A stretch of DNA of 64,000 nt from Takakia lepidozioides (taxonomy: Eukaryota > Plantae > Bryophyta). The stretch lies in the NCBI GenBank assembly GCA_030704615.1, contig CM060731.1:37262001-37326000 (forward strand), in the 5' to 3' direction. Shown here in pieces: positions 12,301-24,596 of the stretch. How positions within the stretch are numbered: the first letter of the stretch is position 1; each line of letters opens with the position of its first letter. The notes below the pieces were generated by a model, which was given only the letters and a program-made list of their open reading frames with translations, was not told the DNA's origin and searched no databases. Position numbers and translations under genes: made by a program.

Positions 12301-14937
12301 CATTGTTTCCCATCTGCAGTTGGGCTTGATAATCCCCTCCCTGCCCAGATTCCACTGTAAATCACTAACTATCACAGAAATTGAAAGCACATAACATATG
12401 ATAACAACCAAAGACTACCTCCACAATGAGGTTTCAATTAATTCATATGTAAAAGTGAAAGCCTAGGAAACTCTGAACTGACATTTGAGAGGTAAACCAA
12501 AGATAAAGTGAGACTGCCACATCCAAGGTAAACAAGCTTTTAAAAAAAGAAGGCAAATACCCACGACAAAAATGAAGGGAAGTCACCGTAAAGGTGAAAC
12601 AATAAAAAAGGAAGGAAACCAGAAAGAACTCCCCACTGACCAAATCAGATCCTGGGCACAGGCGTGCAGAGTTACTTAGGATTAACAATACTTCCAATCT
12701 AACCACCCTTACAAACTCAGACCTGCACACTGACTGGTTCAGCAAACCCTGCTTACAATGTAGAAGTTTGAAACCCCACATGCAGGCCCCCATTCATTTA
12801 ACTAAAACCCTAATATCCTTTTGTCATAAAGTTTCAAGAACTGGTGACATAACCCAATAGGATTTTTCCACCTTGCTGCAGCCCTACAATCACCCTTAAA
12901 GAATTTAGTGTGCGATGTTGAGTAACTGGTTACTGCTTGCAAGACTCCAGAGAAAATCCCTCTTTCCATCACTCAACGTGCTAATGCTTCAAAACATTAT
13001 AACACTAGAAGAGGGACACTGAGAAGACAGTCGGGTCTATGAGGATAAAGTAGCTACCCTGTAGTCAAAATGGACCATGCCTTGGGAAAAGTGAGGCTCA
13101 TTTGTGAGCTGCATACCCACGGCCACCACCAAGAGTCTGTTAGATGAGAATGCTTTTTGAGTTCATGAAGATATCTAACAGATAACATAAGACAGTAAGA
13201 AACCTGAAAATACTGGTTGTATCTAACTGCTGGTCCAAATAACAACCACAAAGATTTCATCTTTGAAGCCTAACGATGAACGAACCTGAGCATTGATTTT
13301 GACAGAAAAGCGATCGTTAACATCGTACTTAATGCGGGCACTCATGCGCCCATCAGTTAAGATGCGCCCAATCATCATCACCATCTGCTGCTTACCCTGA
13401 AAGATAATAATAGTAATTTAGGCATCAGTCTCTAGAGAAGGAAACATACAACTACAACTAAACTAGTCTATGCACCATGCATATCTGGTGGGGAGCAGAA
13501 TGAAGGCCTCCACCATCATCAAGACACCCCAGCAGTGGGACAAACATAAGAGCATAGATGGACGAGGCTTCACAGCTTCCCTCCAGAAGTCCTCTACCTT
13601 TGCCAATGCAAGAATACACCACAAATCGGACTCCAGGTCTCCAGCTTCTGGAATGACCTCAAGAGTCGAGAGTTTTGAAAAGCTACAGAGGGAGAGAAGA
13701 AGGGTTAAGAGGATCAAACCTTCTGATCTATGAGGTTAGCACCAAACTCGTAATGGGCAGCAGGGACCTTAATAGTCTGAGCCCCCTGTGAGGGCACCTC
13801 CACAGAGCCCATGAACAAACTGCACCCAAGCATTTCATTTGTCAGTTCTCCCCTCTGGACGAGCTTGACTAGGTCTGATATTGGACGTGGACAACTTCTG
13901 ATCGGGATAGGTATACTAGGGTAACGCCATTGTCAGCTCACTTCCAGTGCACTGGTAGCATTGCATACACAGGTACATGCTAACATTTCTGCCAGGCATC
14001 TCGCCCATGACATTCAATCACCAATTTCCCAAAGAATAAGACCAAGAGAAATTCATCAAAACGGATAAGGAGTCTAATTCGGAGTCTCATATCGGATAAG
14101 GAGTCTAATCCGTCTAAGGAGTACTAAAGCACCGATTTCTCCCAGTTAAGTCAGCCCCAGAAAACCTCACAGCGGGTGATCTACCACAAAGAACTCATGA
14201 AGATCTCAATGCAAGTTCTCACCGACATGCATGCAATATGTTCCCTCTCACTGCTCAAAATGCAGATAGCATTGAATGAAAAGGAAGGGCTTAGATACGG
14301 ACAGTTGTTGGGAAAGAATTCCACCAAAAATGCATTACTTACTCCTATGCAATGATGGGCTTATAGTTCCCAAAGGGCAATTCAGATGGCAGTTGACTGA
14401 TTAGCAGAGCTTATACAAGAACTTAGGCAGTGAAACAAACAATCCTTCTGACCTGTGGCTGAGTGAAAACTTCTGGTTAAGAGGCTTTGTAAAATCAAAA
14501 CGAAGGCCTTCAAACAGCTCCGGCTTGAGAGAAACTAACCACATGAGCCCACACACACATTTTGTCAATCCAGGTGCGCCCCAGCCTCCAGCCCCCGAAA
14601 TTTGCACCTACCAAATACGTGTCGCAGGTGCAAACGCCCATCACTCAATCAGTGGGATCCAGGATCCCACTCACCCATGTCCAAGCACAACATCACATTA
14701 TCTAATCCCTACTCTTTTTTCACTTCCCTATCCCACCTGTACGAATCCCACCTCTATCAATCTCTGTCAAGCTGAGGCAAGGTACTTACTAATAGCTTCG
14801 CGTTGAATCTCTTCATACTTGACAGGGCACGGTAGGTTAAGCCAGTCAACATCGTCTCCCTTCTTCCCTTCTTGTTTCCCTGATGCATCTGAAGATTTGG
14901 CTGGAGAAGCCGATGCATAGCTCACGGCTCCCCCCAT
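9340..14937 (-). CDS. TOM40: Mitochondrial import channel TOM40, 11 exons
   Basis: Exons 14937-14790, 14534-14453, 13819-13720, 13384-13286, 13108-13058, 12340-12275, 11949-11848, 11591-11523, 10557-10474, 10161-10066 and 9396-9340, all GT-AG. Diagnostic peptides: [65 protein letters not shown]. Confidence 0.96.
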
Positions 14938-15097
14938 GGCCTCCTCAATCTTCCTGCCACAGACGTAACTGGGAGGGCGCTGGGGCAAGGGGCGTGGCAA
15001 ACCAACAGGAAGCCTGCAAAGAAGGGTACTGTCGGGTAACCGAAACGATGCCGGATCCCTGGCGGCGGGTTGCAACCAACTGTGCCTGCCCTTCTCT

Positions 15098-15121
15098 AAA
15101 CCCTAAACCCCTAAACCCTAA
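15098..15121. promoter_or_regulatory. Telo-box motifs (AAACCCTAA) in the TOM40 5' region; matching motifs upstream of RPA43 at 24412-24420 and about 24558
   Basis: AAACCCTAA at 15098-15106 and 15113-15121. Telo-boxes are established plant promoter elements of translation and biogenesis genes. Confidence 0.55.
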
Positions 15122-15254
15122 TATTCTTGTCGCTCTTCCCACGACTTCGAACACACGACCTCAGTGAATCGCCGAATATTCTCTAGAGGTTTAACGATCA
15201 TTCATTAACAATGAATTATAAAACATATGTAGGTAATCAAAAATCTAACTAAAA

Positions 15255-15459
15255 ATCAGTAGCTCAGTTGGTTAGAGGACTGGGTGCCACCCAAATGATT
15301 CTGGGGTCAAATCCTGCTACTCGAGGGATGTGGTGTGCTCTACTCCCCCTTCCCTTGGGCTCGCGGCGAGGTTATTGTGAAAAAGGTTATTTCTCCTCTC
15401 ACTATCAAGGGGCCTGATTTGTGCGCTGTCGCTCCCGGTGTTAATTATTAAAAAAAAAA
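15255..15459 (+). mobile_element. tRNA-derived SINE
   Basis: A box TAGCTCAGTTGG, degenerate B box GGGTCAAATCC, about 150 bp of unrelated body, and an A-rich tail at about 15449-15459. Confidence 0.6.
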
Positions 15460-15517
15460 GATGGTTTCAAAAACCCGAAAAAAAAACAATTTCTAAAACA
15501 GGCAGGACTCAGGAGCT

Positions 15518-15986
15518 TGTGAAGCCTTAAAACAAGCCTGAAGCATATACTCATTTCCTCTCAAGAAGCGAGGTTGCACAACAAAGGGGCGAGCGAAAAG
15601 AACAAGCAACGCGCGAGAGGAGGATCAAACACACGAATCAGGCACTAAGTAGCTCTCATCCAAAACTTGTACACCAAAATCACATATACACCAACACCCG
15701 AGTACACCGCCCTGACCTTGTGTCAGGGCGCCGTCTTTATACAAAAGCCCTAACCATAGTGGCCCGCCGCATGGCGAGGCATCATAGGCCAAAGCCCACG
15801 GTGCTGCCTTGTAGCCCTAGATCTGATGAAGGGCCAGGATCGAGCCACCAGCCTAAACTAACCCTAACCTAAACATCATTGTAACGGATTAACAGCTTTA
15901 TACGCCAAAAAAATATACTATGAATGTGTATCGCCGTTTTGGATGAAACGGGCTATTTCCAGGCTAAGCAAGTATGGGGATTTACA
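15518..15986 (-). repeat. 3' LTR, including a 10-bp terminal extension AGGCTTCACA
   Basis: Matches 23912-24353. In sense orientation it starts TGTAAATCCCCAT and ends TTTTA-AGGCTTCACA. Upstream lies the PPT GGGGGG (16000-16005). Confidence 0.9.
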
Positions 15987-16399
15987 TCTGTGAAGCCTAC
16001 CCCCCACGAAGAATCCTGAACTCCGCGAAGGAAAACAATGATGGAAAATATCACCCTCCACTGCTGGGTGAAAAACCTACCAAGGGAAAACCTGACACCT
16101 GCAAGTTGGGCCGAGAACAAAACCCTTGGTTGGAAAAACCGTGCAGGGAGTACAGATAATGAGATGTCTTAGAAATGTTCTAAGTCCTAGAGAGGTCAAG
16201 TCTGAGGATCCCAAGAGTCATCAGTCGTAAACTAAGACTTAGCCCCTGAGAAGAGAAGTGGAGTAAGCTGAAGCAAATCGCGAAGAAGATCAAGACATCA
16301 CCCCACCGTGCGCCCCTCCACATTGATACATGTAAGATCAAAAACTAGCTCGGAATGCACCAAGTCTGTCAAAGAAACAAGTTCATCCCGCACTTCAGT

Positions 16400-19300
16400 G
16401 TTAAAGCCTTGGGGAAGAAGAAGAGCACGTCGCCCACGTAAAATCTGATAGATCAAGTATGGACCGTCGATCTTGAACTTAGATTTGCATGCATGCTTGT
16501 CATGCTATAATCGAACACACACGGTCTGTCCTACCTGAAACAGGTTAGAATACTTGACACGCTTGTTAAAATTACGGACGTGGGGTAGTTGAGCCTTACC
16601 AATGTTCGTCTTGGCATTATGGATAGACATTGCATGTCGAGCATGAAGATCTTCAACAAAGGTCTCAAGATCAACCGGATCAGCAACAGTAGAGATAAGA
16701 GGGATAGAATGCAAAGGAGAAACATATTTGTGACCATACAGCAACTCAAAAGGAGTCTTCTTGGTGCTAGCATGCACGGCGGAGCGATAAGCAAAGAGAA
16801 TAGGGGGAAGAAATGTATCCCACTCCCTGGTAAGTGCGCCATTCTTCTCCAACATTCAGCAAAGAGTTTGGTTGAAGCGTTCCGTAAGGCCATTGGTCTA
16901 GGGATGGTATGGAGCGGTGGTGGAATGCTTGACACCGAAGTTGAAGCAAACCACCGTGAGGAGCTGGTTACAAAACTCCTTGCCCTAATCCGTTAGTATC
17001 TCCTGATGACACCCATGCCGCATAAGGATTTCATTGAAGAAGAACTAAGCTACAACATCACTAGCCTTGGAACGCAAAGGCCGGACTTCTACCCACTTAG
17101 TCAAGTAGTCGTTAACAACACAAAGGTAGATTCAACCCTTTGATGTGAGTGCGAGGGGTCCTACTAAGTCAATGCCAACACGAGCAAAAGCATGGGTGAC
17201 AGGCAAAGGCTGCAGCTCATACAAGATCCGGGCCCTAGGGAGAGCAATGTTAGCACAACAACCTTCACACTTAGAGATGAACTCGGTGACGTCTCGGTGA
17301 ATTCCCAGCCAATAGTATATCTCTTGGATGCGGGCCACAGTTTTCTTGATACCAAGGTGACATGCATACTAGGAACAATGGAAACGCTCCAATAAAGCAT
17401 TAAGCTGGCTCCGTGATGGCACCTCCAAGTAGCATGGCACTCCCCCTCCTTGAAAAGCTTATAACCTATAAAACGGTGAGTAGACACATGATAGATAATT
17501 TGTTTACGCAATGACTCAGAAAGGCCAGTTGGCGAACACCTTGATTAGCATCGCTGGAGTAGCGCAGCATGTAGCTGATCATTCATGACTGCACTGCAAG
17601 AGGTAGACAATGGGTTTTAGAGAAGGTGGTCTGGAGTGCCTGTACCTATGATCTCCAGCCACGGATACCTTCACCTCATTTGTTACTACCCATGGACAGC
17701 CAAATCAGGCCTTGAGGTTCAAGCCAATAGTCACACCGGACTGCAGCAACCGAATCACAACAAACTCGGGGGGCCTAGGAAAGAGAAGGACTGAAACACA
17801 ACAAGGAAATTCCACCAAACTATCCGAATTTTTGCGAAGCGATAGATCCACCACACATACTAATACACGAATAAATCAACCAGGCTCATCTAATATGCTA
17901 GACCAGCCCCATGCAGCCAATATGCCATGTGAATCGAGGGCCAAGAGTTGCTGATCTGCACAAAGAATGTTGAGAAGAGGGGCATGATTAGGAGGAGAGG
18001 CAGCATCAGCAGCAACAAGGTCATCCAAGGTGAGCATAGACCTGCTGACAGGAGGATCAACCCGCGTGAGTGCATCAGCATTTGTGTTTTCCTTGCCCTT
18101 CTTGTAGACTATATCCATGTCAAATTCCTGCAGGTACATAGCCCATCTAGCAAGTCTGCCATGAAGTTCCCTTCGCTTAACGAGAGCCTTTAGTGGAAGA
18201 TGATCAGTCTCTACCACAAACCGGCTGCCATGTAAATATTGCCTGAAATGCTTCACACCAAAAACCAGGGCTAAACCCTCCTTATCAGATATGGAATAAT
18301 TCCTTTCATGACGATCTAGACGACGAGATGCATAGGCTATTACATGCTCATTGTCTTCTACAACTTGACATAAGATTGCAGAGATGGCAACATCTGATGC
18401 ATCAGTCTGAAGCAAGAAATGTAACTCAAAATTGGGAAACATCAGGATGAGAGCTGAACACAAAGCCTTGCGAAGGATGTCAAAAGCAGCCTGCTGGGAG
18501 AAGGTCCATTCAAACCTGGCATCTTTGCACAACACCTTGATTAGAGGGTGAGCAAGCTTGGCAAAGTTCTTTATGAAGCGCCTATAATAAGAAGCCAGAC
18601 CAATGACAGATTTGATACAATGTTTATCCCTAGGGATAGGAAAGCCCCAAACATGGCAAGATCAGAAAGCAAACCATCTTTGGACAGAATGTGACAAAGG
18701 AAGTGCAGCGCAGGCATGAATAGCTCACACTTCTTGGGCTTTACTTTGAGACCTATAGTGCGCAATTTGCTGAAAACACGCTGCAGATCAGCTAAGTGAG
18801 CTTCAAAACTGGCTGAGTAAACATTGATATCATTGACATAAATTAAAGCACACTCCCAGCGAAGATTGCCCAAGACAATGTCCATGAGACGTTGGAAAGT
18901 AGAGGTGGCATTGCATAAACCAAAAGGCATGGTCTCATATTGGTATTTGCCCATGCGACACACAAAGGAGGTTTTTTCCTTGGCAGCTTCAGTAAGAGGA
19001 ACTTGCGAAAAGCCAGACGCAAGATCAAGGGAGGAAAAAATTGTGGCACCATGCAATTGATCCAAGGTCTCACTAATCCTGGGTAGTGGGTATGCATCAT
19101 TTTTGGTGATGTCATTCAGCTTTCTGAAGTCAATCTTTCTTACCAACCAGGACAATCGGATTGGCCCAAGGAGAAACTGAAGGCTTAATCACGCCAGCAT
19201 CAAGCATTTTCTGGATTTCTTCTTGGATTACAGCACATTCCTTGACACTCTCACGGTAAGCAAATTGTTTAATAGGAGCCCCTTCAGTGACAATGTCATG

Positions 19301-22300
19301 TTGGAGAATATGAGTGCGCCCTAGATCAGTGAATCCCAAACTGAAAACATCTAGATTCTTTGCAATAAGCATTTCCACTTTCCTCTTTTGTCCTGAGGAG
19401 AGAGTTGTGCCCAACTTGATTTCAGATAAGACTTTGGTGAGGGCCGTCTTACCTTCTGGGCTGAGATCAGGGACAGGTGGTGGAGCAACTGCAGTAAACA
19501 CAACAACCTCATTTAAGGGGCCATGTTGGATGCCAATGGCCTCAAGTCCAAAGCCAGCGTGCACCTCTTGTATTTCTACAATGGGCAGAGCAGTGATGCG
19601 CCAGAACCTGCCCCTGCCCATAGCTATTCCAAAGAATTCTACTCTAATCCATGCACCTCTCAACATCACCATCCCTGCCTTGACCCAGAAGGTGGTCAAG
19701 TCTGGTCTGGCCTTCTTGTGTCCAGCTGCTCATTTCCTAGAAGTTGAAGGATAGAGGAGATTGATTGCCCTTAAGCATTGCCTGGTGGCCACTGGTGTTC
19801 TAGATAGAGGATATAGGCAAGAAGTCAAGATCTTGATTGCTAATCCTAAGCGCTTCCCTGTGGCACCCCTGTCCTATCTCTAGCACCAGGAACATGCCAT
19901 TGATATAAGAGTTGAAGATCAGGTTGAAACTTGTAGAAATCATTCCAATTGAGGTTGGAGTGAGAGTTCTGTTGTACCTCCTTTACCAGGGCCTGAATCT
20001 CTAGACAAATTGGCTGTAGCATACCCAGCCTTGATCTTCACTGCTTTCAAGGGAACCACTACTTCATGCCCTTCTCCATTGTTAAAGCAAATGGAGTAGT
20101 ATGCTAAGCTGATGGTGGCACCAGCTCCAGTCATCCAATCAAGGCCTAGAAGAAATTGATCTCCAATGGTGACTATGCAGGTAACCACAACCTCTTTTTT
20201 ATGAATTCTGATAGGAACAGTGACTAGTCCTAAGGGCTCATACCTGGATCCATCTGCAATAAGCACCTCAATACCTGTGGCAGGGCATAGTTTAAGACCA
20301 AGAACTCTCACAACACTTAAAGGTATAGTAGATATAGTGCATCCAGTATCAACCACACAGGGAAAGCTGAGCTCGTGGATATGGCACTGGGCCATGAGGG
20401 GACTGATCTGTCCCGGTAGTCTGCCGACTAAGAGGACAATGCAAAGCTTTAAAATTAGTAGATAAAACAGCTTGAATCGGAACAGAAGAAACAGGGTTGG
20501 TAGATGATGGACCTCTTGCCCCCTTCCCAAGAGATCGCGCTAGTTTAAAGGAGGGGAAGAGCCATTAGCTGTCTTCTTGTTCTTGATCAGCTCTGGTAGC
20601 CCTGCTCTGTCTGGACATGCTTCGTCCAGTGTTCAAAAGACCCACAAATGTAACAGGCAGCACGATTGCCCTCATAGGCTTGTCCAGTCTGGATTCAACC
20701 TCTATTGTTACCCCCTGTTGTTCCTTGGCTATGTCGAGGCTGCCATCTCTGTTGATGAGCCTGCATGGCAGCAAATTGAGTGGCCACAGACTCACTAAGA
20801 CTTCCCACAGTATTAGCCAATCCCTGAAGAGTGAAATCATTAGTTTTTTTATGTCTTAGTAGGAGGAACATAGGGTGAGGATGTTGCAGACATGCCAAGC
20901 TCTGAGCCCACTAGAGCTTGAAACTTGGCATGATGTTCCATTGATTTGCTGTCAGCCAAGTCTGCCATTTTAAGATTAATTTTTGCTAACATAGTCTTGT
21001 CATTGACAAAATGACGTCACTGAGCCCAATTCTGAATAGTGGAAGGCAACCCAAGGAGAAAATACATTTTTACCATACGATCCCTCTCTGCCGGGTCTAT
21101 GATATTTTCAACAACAGCAAATTTAAGATCCATATAATACTTCCACAAGGATTCCCCAGGTTGGTAAGTCTTGGCCGAAAGCTTGGTGTTGTTCAAGGTG
21201 GGGGTGTCATGATGCAAGGGCCCTCTAGTATGTCTGCTGCTCTGCCTCCTGCCACGCCTCCTGCCATCGCTGGCCAGTCAATGGGGGCTCTCCCTGCTCC
21301 ACAAGCTGGGGTGCCACCACATCTTGTCTTTAGCCAGTCCGTGGGTATGCATGCTAGCAATATCCCTCTTAGCAGTATAAGATTTGTGTCAACACAACCT
21401 GTGGGAGTGACATCCACTCTTCCCATGAGTGGAATGTCATAAACCCACTTGCAGTCTACTAACCCTGCTGCTCAGCCAAGTGTGGCAATACCTGCTCTCC
21501 CCATGGGCACGGTGGCGTCACGTCTGTCAGCTTCAACTGCTATAGGATCAGTCAGCAATAGTAGTATGAGTTATAATTCTGCATCTAATGTTGGATATGT
21601 GCATGGTAATGCTGCTCCCATAGTTCCCCGCTGCCCTGCTCATGGGTCTGTCCTCCCTGGTCACATCAACCATAGCCTGCCTTGTCATCTGATCCCCCAG
21701 CTGACCACTCAACCTTACCCAGAATATACCATAGGAGAAGACTTTGATAGATATCTTCAGATGTTTGAGGTCATTGCTAGTGTCAATGGAGTGCCTGAGA
21801 ATTTCAAGATGGCGATCTTTAGGATGAGCATGAAGGGACCAGCTCGTGACTTACTGCATGCAGCCATCATGAATGATCCCAACCTCAACTGGGCAACTCT
21901 GGTGGAATGGGCAAAGACTTGTTCAAACCTCCTGAGAGGCCTCTGGATTGCTGACACCATGCACGTTCAACACAGGAAGACTGCCCACATGCATACCCGA
22001 ATTCACAAGCAACAAGTTCCCTCCCCCAAGAGTGGGACTAGGGAAATTCACAATAGGCAACACCCTAGGACTCAAGTTAGTGACCTGGGCCGGTATACTG
22101 CTCGTAGACATCTGAACCAGACCCTTCGATCCCCTGGACATGAATAGGATGGGAGGGCAGAACGTTTAATTCCCGAGCCAGCGTAGGCTCAGTCCGTCTA
22201 GCCACCAAGGCCTCATCACGCCGATCATAGACAGAAAGGCCCTCGAGGGTGGCTATCCCAGACCCCTCATCAACTAATGTAATACCAGTTGGGGACTCTA

Positions 22301-22350
22301 CAACTGCTCCCATCGTCCCAACATTCAAAAATTCATCATCACTCACCATT
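16400..22350 (-). pseudogene. gypsy gag-pol with frameshifts, stops and an inverted gag segment
   Basis: Protease CVVDTGC (about 20350); RT FSSLDLASGF, MPFGLCNA, IYVNDI (19155-18571); RNase H LQTDASD (18535-18060); integrase FARVGIDLVGPL, LFAYRSAVHASTKKTPFELLYG (17400-16500); zinc knuckle about 20660. Confidence 0.9.
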
Positions 22351-23010
22351 ACCTACCTGCAGGTTGTCCGATCCCTCATTCACTTCTACTACACTTCCGG
22401 CCAGCGGCTCTCCTAAATTATTCATGGACCTTTGTCTTCCGGATCTCAACCAAGTAGTTCTAGAATCACCTAGCAAGAAACGAGGTTGGATTGGTGGCAT
22501 AACCTTTAAGCAGCAGGGATGTGGAGCGTGGGCCGAGCACTTGGCGAGCTGTCTTCTGGAACCCAAGTGGAACAATACACCACCCTCAGCACCTTGTGTG
22601 ATTGTAACTCGTAGATCCCCAACGCCAGCCACTCCCAACCATTAGCTCCTTTAAGCCAAAAACCAACGCGGGTGGTGTCACCCTCTCTCCAGGTGCACGA
22701 AAGCACAGTCGAGTTTGAACAGTCACTCAATCTCTCAAACGCGCTCGGGCGAACCACTCGCTAGACCATCAAGTAACTGTGAATAAGTAGGTATCAAGGC
22801 GCAGGGCCGGAGGTGAAACGGTAATGCTCTCAAGATCAAAGCCCCCGTGCCTTGTAACATCAACGACAACCAACTTTGCCCTACCACACCAGGGCCATGA
22901 TGAAGCTCTGCACTTCGAACACTAGAAAGAAGTAGATACAAGCCAATTTCCAACCAGGTCAATTCACGATGGTTCAGAAAATGCGACTTGATTGTCCTGG
23001 ACGGTAGACG

Positions 23011-23709
23011 CTATTCGTTGCGTAGCTCAAATTCGCGCTTAGCAAGCTGTCTGGCTTTGGATATCACCGCACCAGGCTCAAGCAAAGGTCGCGTGAACAG
23101 GGCCTCCTGATGACTGGTTAGTGCAGCAAGATCACCTACAACAGCTCTCTCTACACGCTCAAACCAAATCTGATCTTCGTCACATATTTCACACAACAGA
23201 TCATCTACTTCCTGCGACAATTCAATGTCTCTCTCCAATTCAGTTGCTTGCTGCCTACTTTCAAAATATTCAGGGCCTGAATCCACAAAGTTGTCAAAGT
23301 TATAGTAGTCCGGGTCACAGCTATTTAGAGAGCTGTCAGACTTCTCAAACCTTGGCGACCACGCCTCTGCCTCCCCCAGATTATCATAATCACTACCACC
23401 AGGAGAACCCAATGAAACAACAAGGGCTGGAACGCAAGCAACAGGCTCAGGAAGTGGGGACGGTGGCAAGACAACATTGCCAGACCGCGCGCCGTTGGTA
23501 GTGTTAGCAATAGCAAGAATGTCAGCAGGGTGAGAAACAACAGGAGGAGCAACAACAACAACACCAGCAGAATGAGAAGTGGCAGCAGTGTTAGCCTCTA
23601 CACTAGGATTAACTTCGATAGCAAGTGCCACGCTAATCTGAAGAAATTGGCTCTCCCCCTCTCTGCGAGCTACACAAGACAAGTCACGAACGGCAGCCAT
23701 CCCCTGCAA
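23011..23709 (-). CDS. Extra ORF in the 5' internal region of the gypsy element, function unknown
   Basis: 232-aa low-complexity, acidic ORF between the PBS and gag, on the element's sense strand; no motif recognised. Confidence 0.35.
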   Translation of the reverse strand: MQGMAAVRDLSCVARREGESQFLQISVALAIEVNPSVEANTAATSHSAGVVVVAPPVVSHPADILAIANTTNGARSGNVVLPPSPLPEPVACVPALVVSLGSPGGSDYDNLGEAEAWSPRFEKSDSSLNSCDPDYYNFDNFVDSGPEYFESRQQATELERDIELSQEVDDLLCEICDEDQIWFERVERAVVGDLAALTSHQEALFTRPLLEPGAVISKARQLAKREFELRNE

Positions 23710-23894
23710 TCACACCCCAATGCACATCGTGAGACGGCAAAATCACAGCAGCAGGAGAAAATATGGCAAAGCGAGGAGCCGCCATCGATAACACGCATTA
23801 GCGAACCACTTAGGCAGCAGGATGTAGAGCAGATCCCGCGAAAAGACCTAACTGATCCTGACAGTGCGGGCAGGATCCACCACGCCTAGAGTAC

Positions 23895-23911
23895 CCGACT
23901 TCTCTCCACCA
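23895..23911 (-). other. Primer-binding site, tRNA-Ala-like
   Basis: Sense sequence TGGTGGAGAGAAGTCGG is complementary to a tRNA 3' end ...CUCCACCA, typical of tRNA-Ala. Confidence 0.7.
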
Positions 23912-24353
23912 TAAAACAAGCCTGAAGCATATACTCCTTTCCTCTCAAGAAGCGAGGTTGCACAACAAAGGGGCGAGCGGAAAGAACAAGCAATGCGCGA
24001 GAGGAGGATCAAACACACGAATCAGGCACTCTCATCAAAAACTTGTACACCAAAATCACATATACACCAACCCCCGAGTACACCGCCCTGACCTTGTTTC
24101 AGGGCGCCGTCTTTATACAAAAGCCCTAACCATAGTGGCCCGCCGTGTGGCGAGGCATCATAGGCCAAAGCCCACGGTGCTGCCTTGTAGCCCTAGATCT
24201 GATGAAGGGCCAGGATCGAGCCACCAGCCTAAACTAACCCTAACCTAAACATCATTGTAACGGATTAACGGCTTTATACGCCAAAAAAATATACTATGAA
24301 TGTGTATCGCCGTTTTGGATGAAACGGGCTATTTCCAGGCTAAGCAAGTTACA
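23912..24353 (-). repeat. 5' LTR
   Basis: Starts TGTAA (9 bp shorter than the 3' LTR near its start) and ends GCTTGTTTTA directly against the PBS. Confidence 0.9.
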
Positions 24354-24596
24354 AGCTCCCTCCACCGCAGACCTCACAATGCGATTCGCAGATGGAGTAG
24401 ACACATCTCCTAAACCCTAACTTGGTTCAGGATCTCTGCGTTCGATGTCTCTCATCAGTGTGCATGCTACTACTTCACACAGTGTTTGAAGGATTTTTTT
24501 CTTGTGTGTGTATTTAGCAGGTGAGGCGATGTTGTTGGTACAAGGTTGGGATTTCGGTTTAGGGTTTAAAGGTATGGGTTCACGGGAACCAGGGAG

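Larger units (their letters stand above)
15518..24353 (-). mobile_element. Full-length, degenerate Ty3/gypsy LTR retrotransposon
   Basis: TG...CA termini, 4-bp TSD AGCT (15514-15517 and 24354-24357), near-identical LTRs of about 440 bp, PBS and PPT. Domain order is gag-protease-RT-RNaseH-integrase. Confidence 0.95.

Noticed and set aside
15255-15330. Functional tRNA gene
   Set aside because: The B box is degenerate, no clean cloverleaf forms, and it continues into a body and A-tail typical of a SINE.
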